DNA from: an uncultured virus (IMG/VR IMGVR_UViG_3300031227_000031)
Lineage: Duplodnaviria > Heunggongvirae > Uroviricota > Caudoviricetes
Virus record (IMG/VR): IMGVR_UViG_3300031227_000031
Reading direction: 5' to 3' (one strand)
DNA: 64,000 bases
The position numbers were made by a program, and so were the translations under genes. Positions 1 to 8,953 of this stretch are shown here, piece by piece (within the stretch, counting starts at the first letter, position 1; each line of letters opens with the position of its first letter). Below the pieces are notes generated by a model, which ran no database searches, was not told where the DNA came from, and was given only the letters and a program-made list of their open reading frames with translations.

Positions 1-140
1 CATAATGTTTTGGATGAGATTAGCCACCCATGTCCGTAACCTCATCATAGATGGGAAGATCGAGGAGTATAAGAGAATAAAAGAAAACAAATTTCTAGTT
101 TTTGTAATAGATGAACGTATAGCCGAACTCAAGGCCGAGA
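1..140 (+). repeat. Direct repeat copy 1 (127 bp exact, 140 bp with one mismatch)
   Basis: cataatgttttggatgag...agccgaa is identical at 50352-50478; C/T mismatch at 128, then tcaaggccgaga is shared. Confidence 0.97.
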
Positions 141-233
141 AGGATGCGTAGATTAAGCGGACAATCACCGCAAATCATACCCGTAAATAATCATTTTTGT
201 ATACTAACGGGAATCAAAGGAGGAGTCAACGCC

Positions 234-509
234 ATGAGTCAAGATAAACGGGTATTCGAAATAGCAGACATAATCTTTAAAAACACTTATGTTGATAAAG
301 GTGGATTTTCTGGACAAAATGAAGTTGCGGGGATTTCAAAGGCGGCTCAAATCCTAGCCGACTCTGAGGCTGAGAGGGTTGAGCCACTCTTAGAGTCATG
401 TGAAGAATTACTTGATAAGTTTAGTAAACAAGGATTAGACGAGGGCTACCCTGAAATTACTGAACGAGCCATTCAAGCCATCGAGACCTATGCGGAGGGG
501 GAGAAATGA
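234..509 (+). CDS. Hypothetical phage protein (C-terminus LADSEAER...AEGEK shared with 48041-48253)
   Basis: SD ggaggag before ATG 234; paralogous C-terminus. Confidence 0.7.
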   Translation: MSQDKRVFEIADIIFKNTYVDKGGFSGQNEVAGISKAAQILADSEAERVEPLLESCEELLDKFSKQGLDEGYPEITERAIQAIETYAEGEK

Positions 510-572
510 ACAAGTTAAAAATGGGGATGAGAAGTATAATGAGAATTATACGGTGGGTTAAAGGAGGTAAAT

Positions 573-890
573 ATGCACGAATTACTAAGGTTGTTAGAAG
601 AATCTGGATTTATTAGATTTCAAGGAATCGGGGCTATGGATGGTAAAAAAGGTTCAAATGAAATTATCCGGAAGTGGCTTGAGGGCAAGGCAAAAAAACT
701 TTGGAAAATATATGAGTTTAGCCCAGAGCATAAAGTATGTTGTTATGAACATGGTTCTTGTTGTGCTCAAACCCTCGGCCTAATTGAAAAGAATAGAACA
801 TTATTAGACAAATTTATTGATTTTTCTGAAGATCATTTAAAAACATTAGCCGAAATCGCCAAAAACCATTATGAAGAAAAAATAGATTAA
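573..890 (+). CDS. Hypothetical phage protein
   Basis: ORF with SD aaggaggt. Confidence 0.65.
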   Translation: MHELLRLLEESGFIRFQGIGAMDGKKGSNEIIRKWLEGKAKKLWKIYEFSPEHKVCCYEHGSCCAQTLGLIEKNRTLLDKFIDFSEDHLKTLAEIAKNHYEEKID

Positions 891-1178
891 TGAACCCCTC
901 AACTTACTGCACTAATTGTAATAAATATCTTAGAGAAGATGATACCTTTATTGTTTGTAAAGAATGTTTAAGGTTGATTTTGAAAATTAATGGCTTGGTG
1001 GCTTCGCCACAAAAGCATCTATATCCAAAGACCAAAGCGCCAAACCAAAGAGAAAACCGAAAGCGGCGGGCAAAGAGATGACCCCACAAGCCGAACTTGC
1101 CTTAATCGTAATCATCATAGTCATAGTTGTGATTTATCTTATTGAACTCGCTTCGTAAGGAACACCACCATTATCATC

Positions 1179-1634
1179 TTGATCGACAGCCGTGAGCAAA
1201 AACCACTTCAGTTCCACTCCCCTTATATTACTTCTAGTATTATTAAGGCCCTACCAGTGGGAGATTACTCCGCTGAATTTAAAGACGAGTACTGCCCTCC
1301 GATTGTTTTTGAGCGGAAATCCATAAGTGATCTTTATTCTACAATGGGCAAAGGGTATCCCAGGTTCAAGCGCGAGATGATTAAAGCAAAGGAGTTAAAT
1401 CTCACCCTCATCATTATTATTGAAGGAACGCTGACTAAAGTACTGCAAGGGTATAAGCGGAGCCAGATAAAAGGGATTTCTATGATTTACAAACTCTTTA
1501 CTCTTTGGGTGCGCCACGGAGTTATGTCGGTGTATTGTAAGGACCGGACAGAGATGAGTGAGTATATTACTCACACTTTTATTTCGTTGGGGAAACAATA
1601 TGTGAGGAGGGAGAATCTTAAAATCACCACTTGA
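1179..1634 (+). CDS. ERCC4-domain nuclease (possible resolvase)
   Basis: IDSREQ, LPVGDYS and ERKSISDL motifs of the XPF/ERCC4 family. Confidence 0.9.
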   Translation: MIDSREQKPLQFHSPYITSSIIKALPVGDYSAEFKDEYCPPIVFERKSISDLYSTMGKGYPRFKREMIKAKELNLTLIIIIEGTLTKVLQGYKRSQIKGISMIYKLFTLWVRHGVMSVYCKDRTEMSEYITHTFISLGKQYVRRENLKITT

Positions 1635-1660
1635 ACCCCATCCACAACCAATGTTAGAAT
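1631..1660 (+). promoter_or_regulatory. Sigma70-like promoter
   Basis: TTGAAC-N18-TAGAAT; preceded by AATCACCAC as in the 4600 promoter. Confidence 0.45.
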
Positions 1661-1678
1661 ACTAAAAAGGAACAAACT

Positions 1679-1846
1679 GTGAGCTATATAAAAGGGCAAG
1701 TTCAGTGGCAAAAGTGGAAAGATGGGTATGATTTAACCCGTAAAGAAACCATGATTGCTAAGTGCTATGAATGTAATGGGTTAGAAGGTTCAAAGTGTGA
1801 TTGTCTTTGCCACAGCTGTCCTATGTACCCATACTCCACCCTATAA
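1679..1846 (+). CDS. Small Cys-rich zinc-binding protein (55 aa, not in ORF track)
   Basis: GTG start; translates to ...LTRKETMIAKCYECNG...CDCLCHSCPMYPYSTL*. Confidence 0.7.
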   Translation: MSYIKGQVQWQKWKDGYDLTRKETMIAKCYECNGLEGSKCDCLCHSCPMYPYSTL

Positions 1847-1923
1847 AGGCAAATGAAATGCTGTGGAGGGCAGTTTCCCCTGCGCTCACGGCGCAAATGG
1901 GGCACTGAAAGGAGCTTCAGACA

Positions 1924-2904
1924 TTGGAAAATAGATTCTACCGAGATTATACCGGGCAGGACATTCTTGATATCAGTGAGAAAGCCTACATTCCCATTAT
2001 AGAAGGTATTCTTTATAAGAATGATCTTAGTCTACTAATTGGGAAGTATAAGAGCAATAAATCTATATTCGCCATGCAACTGGCCTGCTCGATCTCATCC
2101 GGCTCTCCATTCCTCGGAGTCTTTGAGGTCCCCGAACCTCAAGTTGTATGGTACTTTGCCACAGAAGGTAAAGACAACGATATTAAAGACAGATTTCTTC
2201 GGATGTCCTCGGTTATCAAGACCGACCTTAATAACATTGTCCTTATCTGCTCAACCCAACTTAAGTTCAACACCCTGTCGGGCCAGAAATGTGCTAATGA
2301 AATCATGATGAAGTATCACACCAAACTCCCAGCCCTCATTATCATTGATTCCCTTTACTCCGGGTTCAAAGGCACACTTATCAAAGACGACCAGGTGAAT
2401 GAGTTCATCACCACAATCCGTCATCTTATGGAGTTCTGCAACGATTCCGCTTGCCTCATGACCCACCACATGACCAAAGAGCAGAAGGATAACGAAGGTA
2501 GAACACTTCCTCAATCTGACGCTAATGCTTATGGCAGCGTGTTCCTTTTAGGCCAAGCTGACACCTGCTTCACAATCGAGAAGTGTAAGAAGAATAAGGA
2601 TGATAGGATTCTTAAGTGCGAGAATGAACGTAGTGGGAAGACTATCGAGAGCCTGCGGGTCAAGTTCCATGAACCCGAACCCCTATACCTCACCCTCGTG
2701 TCCAACCATACTGAGGAAGAGAAGAAGATACTCCATATGCTCTATGGGTACAAAGACGGGTTAGACGCTAAAGAACTCCGTAAGCTGACCAACATCAAAA
2801 AGACCCAAGTCTATGTAGTTCTTGGTGAACTTTTGATGAAGGGAAAGATTATTAAAGATAAAACCCACGGTGGTATTTATACCCTGGCAAGGGGGGATTC
2901 TTGA
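1924..2904 (+). CDS. AAA_25/RecA-like ATPase (RepA-type helicase) with possible C-terminal wHTH
   Basis: GKYKSNKS Walker A, LIIIDSL Walker B, THH motif. Confidence 0.8.
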   Translation: MENRFYRDYTGQDILDISEKAYIPIIEGILYKNDLSLLIGKYKSNKSIFAMQLACSISSGSPFLGVFEVPEPQVVWYFATEGKDNDIKDRFLRMSSVIKTDLNNIVLICSTQLKFNTLSGQKCANEIMMKYHTKLPALIIIDSLYSGFKGTLIKDDQVNEFITTIRHLMEFCNDSACLMTHHMTKEQKDNEGRTLPQSDANAYGSVFLLGQADTCFTIEKCKKNKDDRILKCENERSGKTIESLRVKFHEPEPLYLTLVSNHTEEEKKILHMLYGYKDGLDAKELRKLTNIKKTQVYVVLGELLMKGKIIKDKTHGGIYTLARGDS

Positions 2905-3083
2905 GTACCCCTTGCAGAAAAGGTTCTAATGCTGTTCACTTCTTTCTTTTATACTCGGACAATGCCTCGCGGAATTTGATTTCTGGTGGTACTGTATATC
3001 CACCAGAGGATTACAACAAAAAAGTTTGTCCGCAAAAAACTTGTCCGCGAGCGGAAAACCATTTCTCGCGGAAAATGGGTAGT

Positions 3084-3103
3084 TTATCCACAGGTTTTCA
3101 ACA
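3084..3103 (+). promoter_or_regulatory. Tandem DnaA-box-like pair
   Basis: TTATCCACA (perfect) followed by TTTTCAACA, just downstream of the helicase gene. Confidence 0.55.
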
Positions 3104-3121
3104 AGCTACGAAGGTGGTTAA

Positions 3122-3859
3122 ATGAAGAATATTCCTCTTGAAACCATAGTCAGATTATGTGATGCTCACGTTCCTTACCATGACAAGAAGGTTATGGATT
3201 TGGCGATCAGGATTACTCGGACCCTTAGTCCTAGTATTATTATAATAGATGAGTGGCTGGACTTTTATTCTCTGAGCAAATTTAGCAAGGATCCTGCGAG
3301 GAAACTTACCCTTCAGAAGGATATTAATATTACTAAAGGATGGTTCGGGGTGCTTCGTGCTGCCTGCCCCAAGGCCAGGATTATTATGATTGAAAGTAAC
3401 CATGATAAGAGGTTAAAGAAGTACTTGCAGAGTAAAGCGGAAGAGTTGTCTTGCCTGGATTGTTTGAGGTTGCCTGATCTTCTTGGGCTTGAAGACTATG
3501 GGATTGAGTATAGGAAGAACTTTTACTTTCGCGGAACACTGTTCAAACATGGGTCTATTGTGCGGAATCAGTCAGCGTATACTGTAAAGGGCGAGAGGGA
3601 TAAGGAAGGGACAAGTGGGTCATCGGGTCACACTCACAGAGCCGGGATGCACTTTAAAACTCTCCGTGGTGGACAGTATGTTTGGGTTGAAGGTGGATGC
3701 CTATGTGATCTTAAGAAAGCTGAGTATATTGATGGAACTGCTGACTGGCAAAATGCAATAAGTGGGTTTGATTTTGTAAAGGGTAAAAGTCGGTTCTACC
3801 CGTTTCTTATTCCTATCATAGATGGGAAGGCGGTGTTTGGGAAGAAGTTGTATAAGTGA
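3122..3859 (+). CDS. Calcineurin-like metallophosphoesterase
   Basis: DAH, DxxD, SNHD, KHG and GHTHR motifs. Confidence 0.88.
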   Translation: MKNIPLETIVRLCDAHVPYHDKKVMDLAIRITRTLSPSIIIIDEWLDFYSLSKFSKDPARKLTLQKDINITKGWFGVLRAACPKARIIMIESNHDKRLKKYLQSKAEELSCLDCLRLPDLLGLEDYGIEYRKNFYFRGTLFKHGSIVRNQSAYTVKGERDKEGTSGSSGHTHRAGMHFKTLRGGQYVWVEGGCLCDLKKAEYIDGTADWQNAISGFDFVKGKSRFYPFLIPIIDGKAVFGKKLYK

Positions 3860-3868
3860 GGGGGTAAT

Positions 3869-4120
3869 ATGAGAACAGTTAAGTTCCCAGAACTAAAAGC
3901 TCGGTGTATAGACGGCACCCATAACCATAAGAATTGTGAAGATATTGAGGAGTACGTTGTGTGCCATGATTGTAAGCAGACATTAGCGAGGCGGTGTGAG
4001 GTGTATTCTAGGGTAGTGGGGTATCTTCGCCCCGTAGAATCATGGAATGATGGGAAGAAATCGGAGTTTGCAAGTCGTAAAACCTTTAATGTTTCGGGTT
4101 CAAGTAATGTGGTTCAATAA
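3869..4120 (+). CDS. Stand-alone NrdD-like C-terminal domain (Zn ribbon plus glycyl-radical loop)
   Basis: CEVYSRVVGYLRPVESWNDGKKSEFASRK resembles the class III RNR C-terminus. Confidence 0.85.
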   Translation: MRTVKFPELKARCIDGTHNHKNCEDIEEYVVCHDCKQTLARRCEVYSRVVGYLRPVESWNDGKKSEFASRKTFNVSGSSNVVQ

Positions 4121-4131
4121 GGAGTGGTTCA

Positions 4132-4440
4132 ATGAAAATACCTAGAAAACTATATATTGGTGGCTGGGTTGTCCCCGTTAAGTATAAGAAAGGATTATTT
4201 GTTAATCGTATTGAATGTAACGGAGTTTACGAACCAAGTGAGAAGGCAATTTACTTAAAAAAGGGAATGACGCCTGCCAGAAAACGGGAGATATTCTTCC
4301 ATGAGTTTGTTCATTTGATTGCTGATATTTATGGGATGAGGATTTGTGAAATTAATGTAAAGCATGTGGGTCACGCTTTCTCCCAGTTATTTGCAAACCA
4401 TAATGTTGATTTTCACAACAAGGAAGAGAGTATAAAATGA
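4132..4440 (+). CDS. Zincin-like metallopeptidase (HExxH)
   Basis: IFFHEFVHLI motif. Confidence 0.7.
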   Translation: MKIPRKLYIGGWVVPVKYKKGLFVNRIECNGVYEPSEKAIYLKKGMTPARKREIFFHEFVHLIADIYGMRICEINVKHVGHAFSQLFANHNVDFHNKEESIK

Positions 4441-4599
4441 CAGACGGAATAGGTGCATGGGCCAAGCGTCTTGAAACTGAGAAGGAAAAAATTGATGTTG
4501 CTGACGACGTTAGTTACGTTATTGATTTAATGGTCAGGAACAGAGGAAGTCTTGAAGAGTTGGCAATTAAGATCACCGAGTATTTTAGAGAATCACCAC

Positions 4600-4628
4600 T
4601 TGACGAAGGGGATTAGTAATAGTAAAAT
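4600..4628 (+). promoter_or_regulatory. Sigma70 promoter upstream of the groEL gene block
   Basis: TTGACG-N17-TAAAAT, then SD aaggag before 4649. Confidence 0.65.
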
Positions 4629-4648
4629 AACAATAATAAGGAGAAGTT

Positions 4649-5005
4649 ATGAATTACCCCGAAACACAGAAGGTAGATAAAAACACAAATGAAACAGTTT
4701 ATCAGATTAAACCGCCGGAAAAGATTGTTGCCGAACTTGATAACATTATTGGTATTCATAGTGCAGCAATGAACAAGTTTATCAGTATGTCCCAACAGTT
4801 CTTCGCACTTCTTGAGGCCACGTCTGGTGCGTCAAAGGGTAAAGAAGATGCTGCCCGTCGAGTCAACAACACTGTACTCAAGACGATTAAGAAGATGAAA
4901 CTTGACCGCAATATTAAGTGGGCTTACAACATTGCCGATAAATGTCTTGAACGCCGTGAGGCTCCCGAGGTCAAGGCGTTGGAATCTTTAACTGATGCTA
5001 AATAG
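4649..5005 (+). CDS. Hypothetical protein
   Basis: ORF with SD, in a tight operon. Confidence 0.7.
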   Translation: MNYPETQKVDKNTNETVYQIKPPEKIVAELDNIIGIHSAAMNKFISMSQQFFALLEATSGASKGKEDAARRVNNTVLKTIKKMKLDRNIKWAYNIADKCLERREAPEVKALESLTDAK

Positions 5006-5390
5006 AGAAGACAAACCTTTTACCCTCCTGGGTGGTTCTTCCGAGCAGGTCGCCCTCGCTAACAGGATTGCGTGTATTGACAGGATCAGGTTCCTTAGCG
5101 GGGTCGATCTGCGGGAGAAGTCTAAGGATTACATCATGGTATTTGAGTTGACGCTTTGGCAGAAGTATTATCGTAATGAACCACCTGATGTTAGAATCAG
5201 TGAAGAATATTGTCAGAGGTCGGCTGAGATTATTAAAGAGATGGAGGCCAAACCTGTGGAGTACGCTAAGTTTGTGGTGGATATTGAGAAGAAAGTTAAG
5301 AGCGCGTTTGCTCTGCAAAATTCAGGGATTGAACCTAGACCCAAGAGGGCCGAGGTTCCTAAGAAATGGTGGGAGATATGGAAATGTTAA
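4995..5390 (+). CDS. Hypothetical protein
   Basis: Overlapping operon ORF. Confidence 0.65.
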   Translation: MLNREDKPFTLLGGSSEQVALANRIACIDRIRFLSGVDLREKSKDYIMVFELTLWQKYYRNEPPDVRISEEYCQRSAEIIKEMEAKPVEYAKFVVDIEKKVKSAFALQNSGIEPRPKRAEVPKKWWEIWKC

Positions 5391-5580
5391 CTAATATGTT
5401 AAAAGCAGTCAGTAAGATGCTCGAAGAATCCAAAGAACCTAAAGTCCAATGTGCTAAAACTATTGTGGACGAGATTGTGGCAAACCAGGAAGTAGAAAAC
5501 ACACCATCTCCCTACACAACAACATGTGCTGATGTCGACCTCGATCTCGAGGCTCAATTAGCAAAGGAGGAATTACAAGG

Positions 5581-7203
5581 ATGAAACGTGTAACATTCAA
5601 GAATGAAGCCCGTAAAGGATTGCAGGAAGGTGTAGATTTAATTGCAAACGCTGTTAAAGTGACACTTGGCCCGAGAGGTCGGAATGTGATTTATGGGTTT
5701 CACTATGGTTATCCTGTTGCTACTAAAGATGGGGTGACTGTGGCTCGTCAGGTTGAAGCGTGTGACCCGCTTGAACAACTTGGAGTTCTCCTTGTTCGTG
5801 AGGCCGCGCAGAAGACCGCTGATGATACGGGGGACGGGACAACCACGGCTTGCGTACTCACTCAGGCTATCTATGATGAAGGGTTAAAGGCTATAAATAA
5901 AGGCACAAACCCTGTGCTTGTGAAACGTGGGATTGATAAGGCGGTTGAAGATGTGGTCAAATACGTTCAAGGATGTGCTAAAGAAATCAGCGGTTCAGAG
6001 AGCATAGAGAACGTAGCTACAATTTCAGCTAACAATGATAAATCAATCGGTTATATTATTCGTGATGCGATTGAGAAAGTAGGCGAAGACGGGGTTATTA
6101 CTATTGAGGATAACTATAATAATCCTAATATTAAGATTGAAACCGTCGAGGGGATGCAGTTTAATGAAGGGATGCTGAATCCTTATTTCATCACGAACCC
6201 TCAGAAGTATGAGGCGTCTTATGATGAACCGTATATTCTTATTGTTGATGGTGTAATTACGAGTACTAAGGGGATTGATAAGGTTGCACAGATTACGATT
6301 ACTAATAGTCAACGCCCGCTTGTAGTTATCTCCCACGGGATTTCTGAGGGAGTACTCAAGGCTATTAGTTATACTAGAATGAAAGAAGGTATGAAGTTTC
6401 CCTTGCTATGCGTTAAGGCCCCTCAGTTTGCTCAGTACCGCAGCGAGATGCTGATTGATCTTGCCAAGTTAACGGGTGGTGATGTTGTGGGTAAAGATAG
6501 TGGGCTGAGTATTGAGAAGGTCACTCTTGATAATTTAGGGGAATGTCAGAACATTACTTCAAATAAATTCTCCACTACTTTCGTTGGGGGTAGAGGTAAT
6601 AAGGATACGATTAACTTGAGGATTCAAGAACTTGAAGATTCCATAAATAGCGCGAATGACGATTACCATAAGGAAAAATGTCAGGAACGGTTAGCGAAGT
6701 TGACTTCTGGTGTGGCTGTGATTAAAGTTGGGGCTCCCACCGAGGTTGAGCAGAAGGAAAGGAAGATGAGGGTTGAAGATGCGCTACATGCTACCAAGGC
6801 GGCTCTTGAATCCGGCGTTGTTCCCGGTGGTGGGTTTTCTTTGTTCCGTGCGGGGTATGAACTTAGAGTACCCAAGGAAAGTACCAAAGAAGAGATTATT
6901 GGTTATGATATTATCAAGATGGCATTAATGTCACCTGTTTCGCAGATTGCAGAGAACGCGGGGCGTGATATTAGTGAAATTATACCGGAAATTGTGGATA
7001 AACCCGATAACTATGGTCTTGATTTTCTTTCTGAGAAGTACGGGGACTTGTTCGAGATGGGTGTTATTGACCCTGTTAAGGTAGTCGTGATGGCATTGAA
7101 GAACGGGGCGAGTGTTGCGGGGATGTTGTTGACTACTGAGGTTACTATTGTTGAGGAACGGGAAGATGTGGTTGAGAGGACACCTACTCCAAAATCAGAA
7201 TGA
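5581..7203 (+). CDS. groEL: Chaperonin GroEL (phage-encoded)
   Basis: VKVTLGPRGRNV, TKDGVTVA, GDGTTTA, ERLAKL, GVVPGGG and GVIDPVKV motifs; lacks GGM tail. Confidence 0.97.
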   Translation: MKRVTFKNEARKGLQEGVDLIANAVKVTLGPRGRNVIYGFHYGYPVATKDGVTVARQVEACDPLEQLGVLLVREAAQKTADDTGDGTTTACVLTQAIYDEGLKAINKGTNPVLVKRGIDKAVEDVVKYVQGCAKEISGSESIENVATISANNDKSIGYIIRDAIEKVGEDGVITIEDNYNNPNIKIETVEGMQFNEGMLNPYFITNPQKYEASYDEPYILIVDGVITSTKGIDKVAQITITNSQRPLVVISHGISEGVLKAISYTRMKEGMKFPLLCVKAPQFAQYRSEMLIDLAKLTGGDVVGKDSGLSIEKVTLDNLGECQNITSNKFSTTFVGGRGNKDTINLRIQELEDSINSANDDYHKEKCQERLAKLTSGVAVIKVGAPTEVEQKERKMRVEDALHATKAALESGVVPGGGFSLFRAGYELRVPKESTKEEIIGYDIIKMALMSPVSQIAENAGRDISEIIPEIVDKPDNYGLDFLSEKYGDLFEMGVIDPVKVVVMALKNGASVAGMLLTTEVTIVEEREDVVERTPTPKSE

Positions 7204-7308
7204 TACCTCCCCCCGTTATGCTTTCAGCTGAAGAAGTTGTTGTGTTCTGGAATTTAGTGTTTCAAATGTACTACTATGTTAATTCATATTTACCAGTAGG
7301 AGGATAGT

Positions 7309-7662
7309 ATGGCAAAAAGTTTAGATGAGTTTTCACCCGTCGAGAATGAAGTAACCACTAATTTCAAAGGAAGCAATATAAAGATTATGCGTCCTGTTAA
7401 TGATAGTATTTTTGTCAAACCCCTCGAGTCCAAGAACATAATCATGGATGACGAGGACAGGAGTAAATGTGTGGTTGAAGTAATTGATGCCGGGGAGTTG
7501 GTAAGGTATCTTGATAACAGAGGAAACATTCGGTATAAAGTAGCAAAGACCGGGGATATTATCTTAACAGTCCCACAGGCTATCATTGAACTTGAATCCG
7601 AAACTCACGGGAAATTCTATGTAATGAAAGACCTGGATGTTCTCGGGGTGATGAAATGTTAG
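7309..7662 (+). CDS. Divergent GroES-like co-chaperonin
   Basis: MRPVNDSIFVKP...EVIDAG...GDIIL...YVMKDLDVLGV follows the Cpn10 pattern; adjacent to groEL. Confidence 0.7.
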   Translation: MAKSLDEFSPVENEVTTNFKGSNIKIMRPVNDSIFVKPLESKNIIMDDEDRSKCVVEVIDAGELVRYLDNRGNIRYKVAKTGDIILTVPQAIIELESETHGKFYVMKDLDVLGVMKC

Positions 7663-7837
7663 AAGTATTTATAGTTGGAGTAACTCTTCTAATCCTTATT
7701 ATAACCGCCTTAATATACGACCACTTTGACGATGACAATTGGCGAATATCTTAAACACCTGCGATCAAAGTACCGCATGATTAAGAGTATTGAAATTCAG
7801 CAATCCCATAAAACACTTTTCAAGATTCTTAAGATGA

Positions 7838-8182
7838 TTGACCGTGATACTAAAGCACAAAGACGAATATCCCATATTGGTAAATTTGGCAAGACATAAC
7901 GGGTTGACCAGTGACCAGATTGTGTTGTTTCTTGCTTTACGGGAGATGATTGACGGCCCCAAGGGGACAGAGTACGGTGAGTTCTCAATGAAGAATACTA
8001 ACCTTAAGACTCAAGGGATATGTACGATTGAGAGGATTAAGCGAGCACAACAGAACTATCAGCATTACTGTTGGAATAGGAAGGGACCTGAATGTGAAAC
8101 GTTCCTTGAATTCTTCGGACTTAATATTAATATTAATACTTATATAGAAAAGGTCAAAGGGGCCTTCGGGGGGGAATCATGA
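7838..8182 (+). CDS. Hypothetical protein, possibly degenerate lysozyme-like fold
   Basis: ORF; weak resemblance only. Confidence 0.35.
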   Translation: MTVILKHKDEYPILVNLARHNGLTSDQIVLFLALREMIDGPKGTEYGEFSMKNTNLKTQGICTIERIKRAQQNYQHYCWNRKGPECETFLEFFGLNININTYIEKVKGAFGGES

Positions 8183-8511
8183 ATCTCACACAAATCACAG
8201 AATGGGCGAAGAGGGAAAACAGTAAGTTAGTGAATAAAGATTACTCAAGTTTCGGGTACAATACTTTTGATAATATTGACGCTAAAGAGGTAAGTAAAGT
8301 ACGCAGTGATGTAGAGATTAAATCAATCAAGGCATCATCTTACCTTATTCAGATTGGCACGCGAGCTTCGAGGGTTCAGGAAGGGACAGCCAAGATTGAG
8401 AAATACATGGCTGATATTAAAGAGTATATGGATTACCTGGAGAAGTTGAAGTTTCGTATGCCGATGGAAGAGAAACCTCCACAAGAAGAACTCACGGAAC
8501 CTGCTTCTTAA
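8179..8511 (+). CDS. Hypothetical protein, last gene of the rightward arm
   Basis: ATGA overlap with upstream ORF; converges on the late operon. Confidence 0.65.
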   Translation: MNLTQITEWAKRENSKLVNKDYSSFGYNTFDNIDAKEVSKVRSDVEIKSIKASSYLIQIGTRASRVQEGTAKIEKYMADIKEYMDYLEKLKFRMPMEEKPPQEELTEPAS

Positions 8512-8729
8512 TTATTATACGCCACAAACCTCTTCTTAAAATGCACCTTTAGTTTCACTTGCCTCTCATCGTTGATGTCTGCATAAGGCACACTCTTCTC
8601 ATCCACTAGGATATACCGCTCACAGGCGTCAATACAAGCTCGCGCCCTCGCCATATTAATCGCTTTCCTATCGAAAAAGAATCCTAAGAACTTTATCAGT
8701 GCAGATACGGTTTCTAAATCTACCGCCAT
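8508..8729 (-). CDS. Hypothetical protein
   Basis: ORF at end of late operon. Confidence 0.6.
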   Translation of the reverse strand: MAVDLETVSALIKFLGFFFDRKAINMARARACIDACERYILVDEKSVPYADINDERQVKLKVHFKKRFVAYNN

Positions 8730-8731
8730 GA

Positions 8732-8929
8732 TTAATCGTTATCTGGTACGTCAAGCGTTGCACGAAGCCAATCGCACAGAGGGAGTACGATAGCGTCGTC
8801 AATCTTGTTATCACTCTGCTCTACCAAATCTTCGATCTTGTCGATCAATGAGTCAAGGACTTCTTTAGCCTTGTCCTTCGGTAACAGCGTGAGCAATAAG
8901 GTTACGATCTGGTTGATGATTGAGTTCAT
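8732..8929 (-). CDS. Small conserved-type phage protein (DNKIDD motif)
   Basis: ORF with SD ggagg. Confidence 0.65.
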   Translation of the reverse strand: MNSIINQIVTLLLTLLPKDKAKEVLDSLIDKIEDLVEQSDNKIDDAIVLPLCDWLRATLDVPDND

Positions 8930-8953
8930 TGTTGCCTCCTGTTTTAGTTAATA

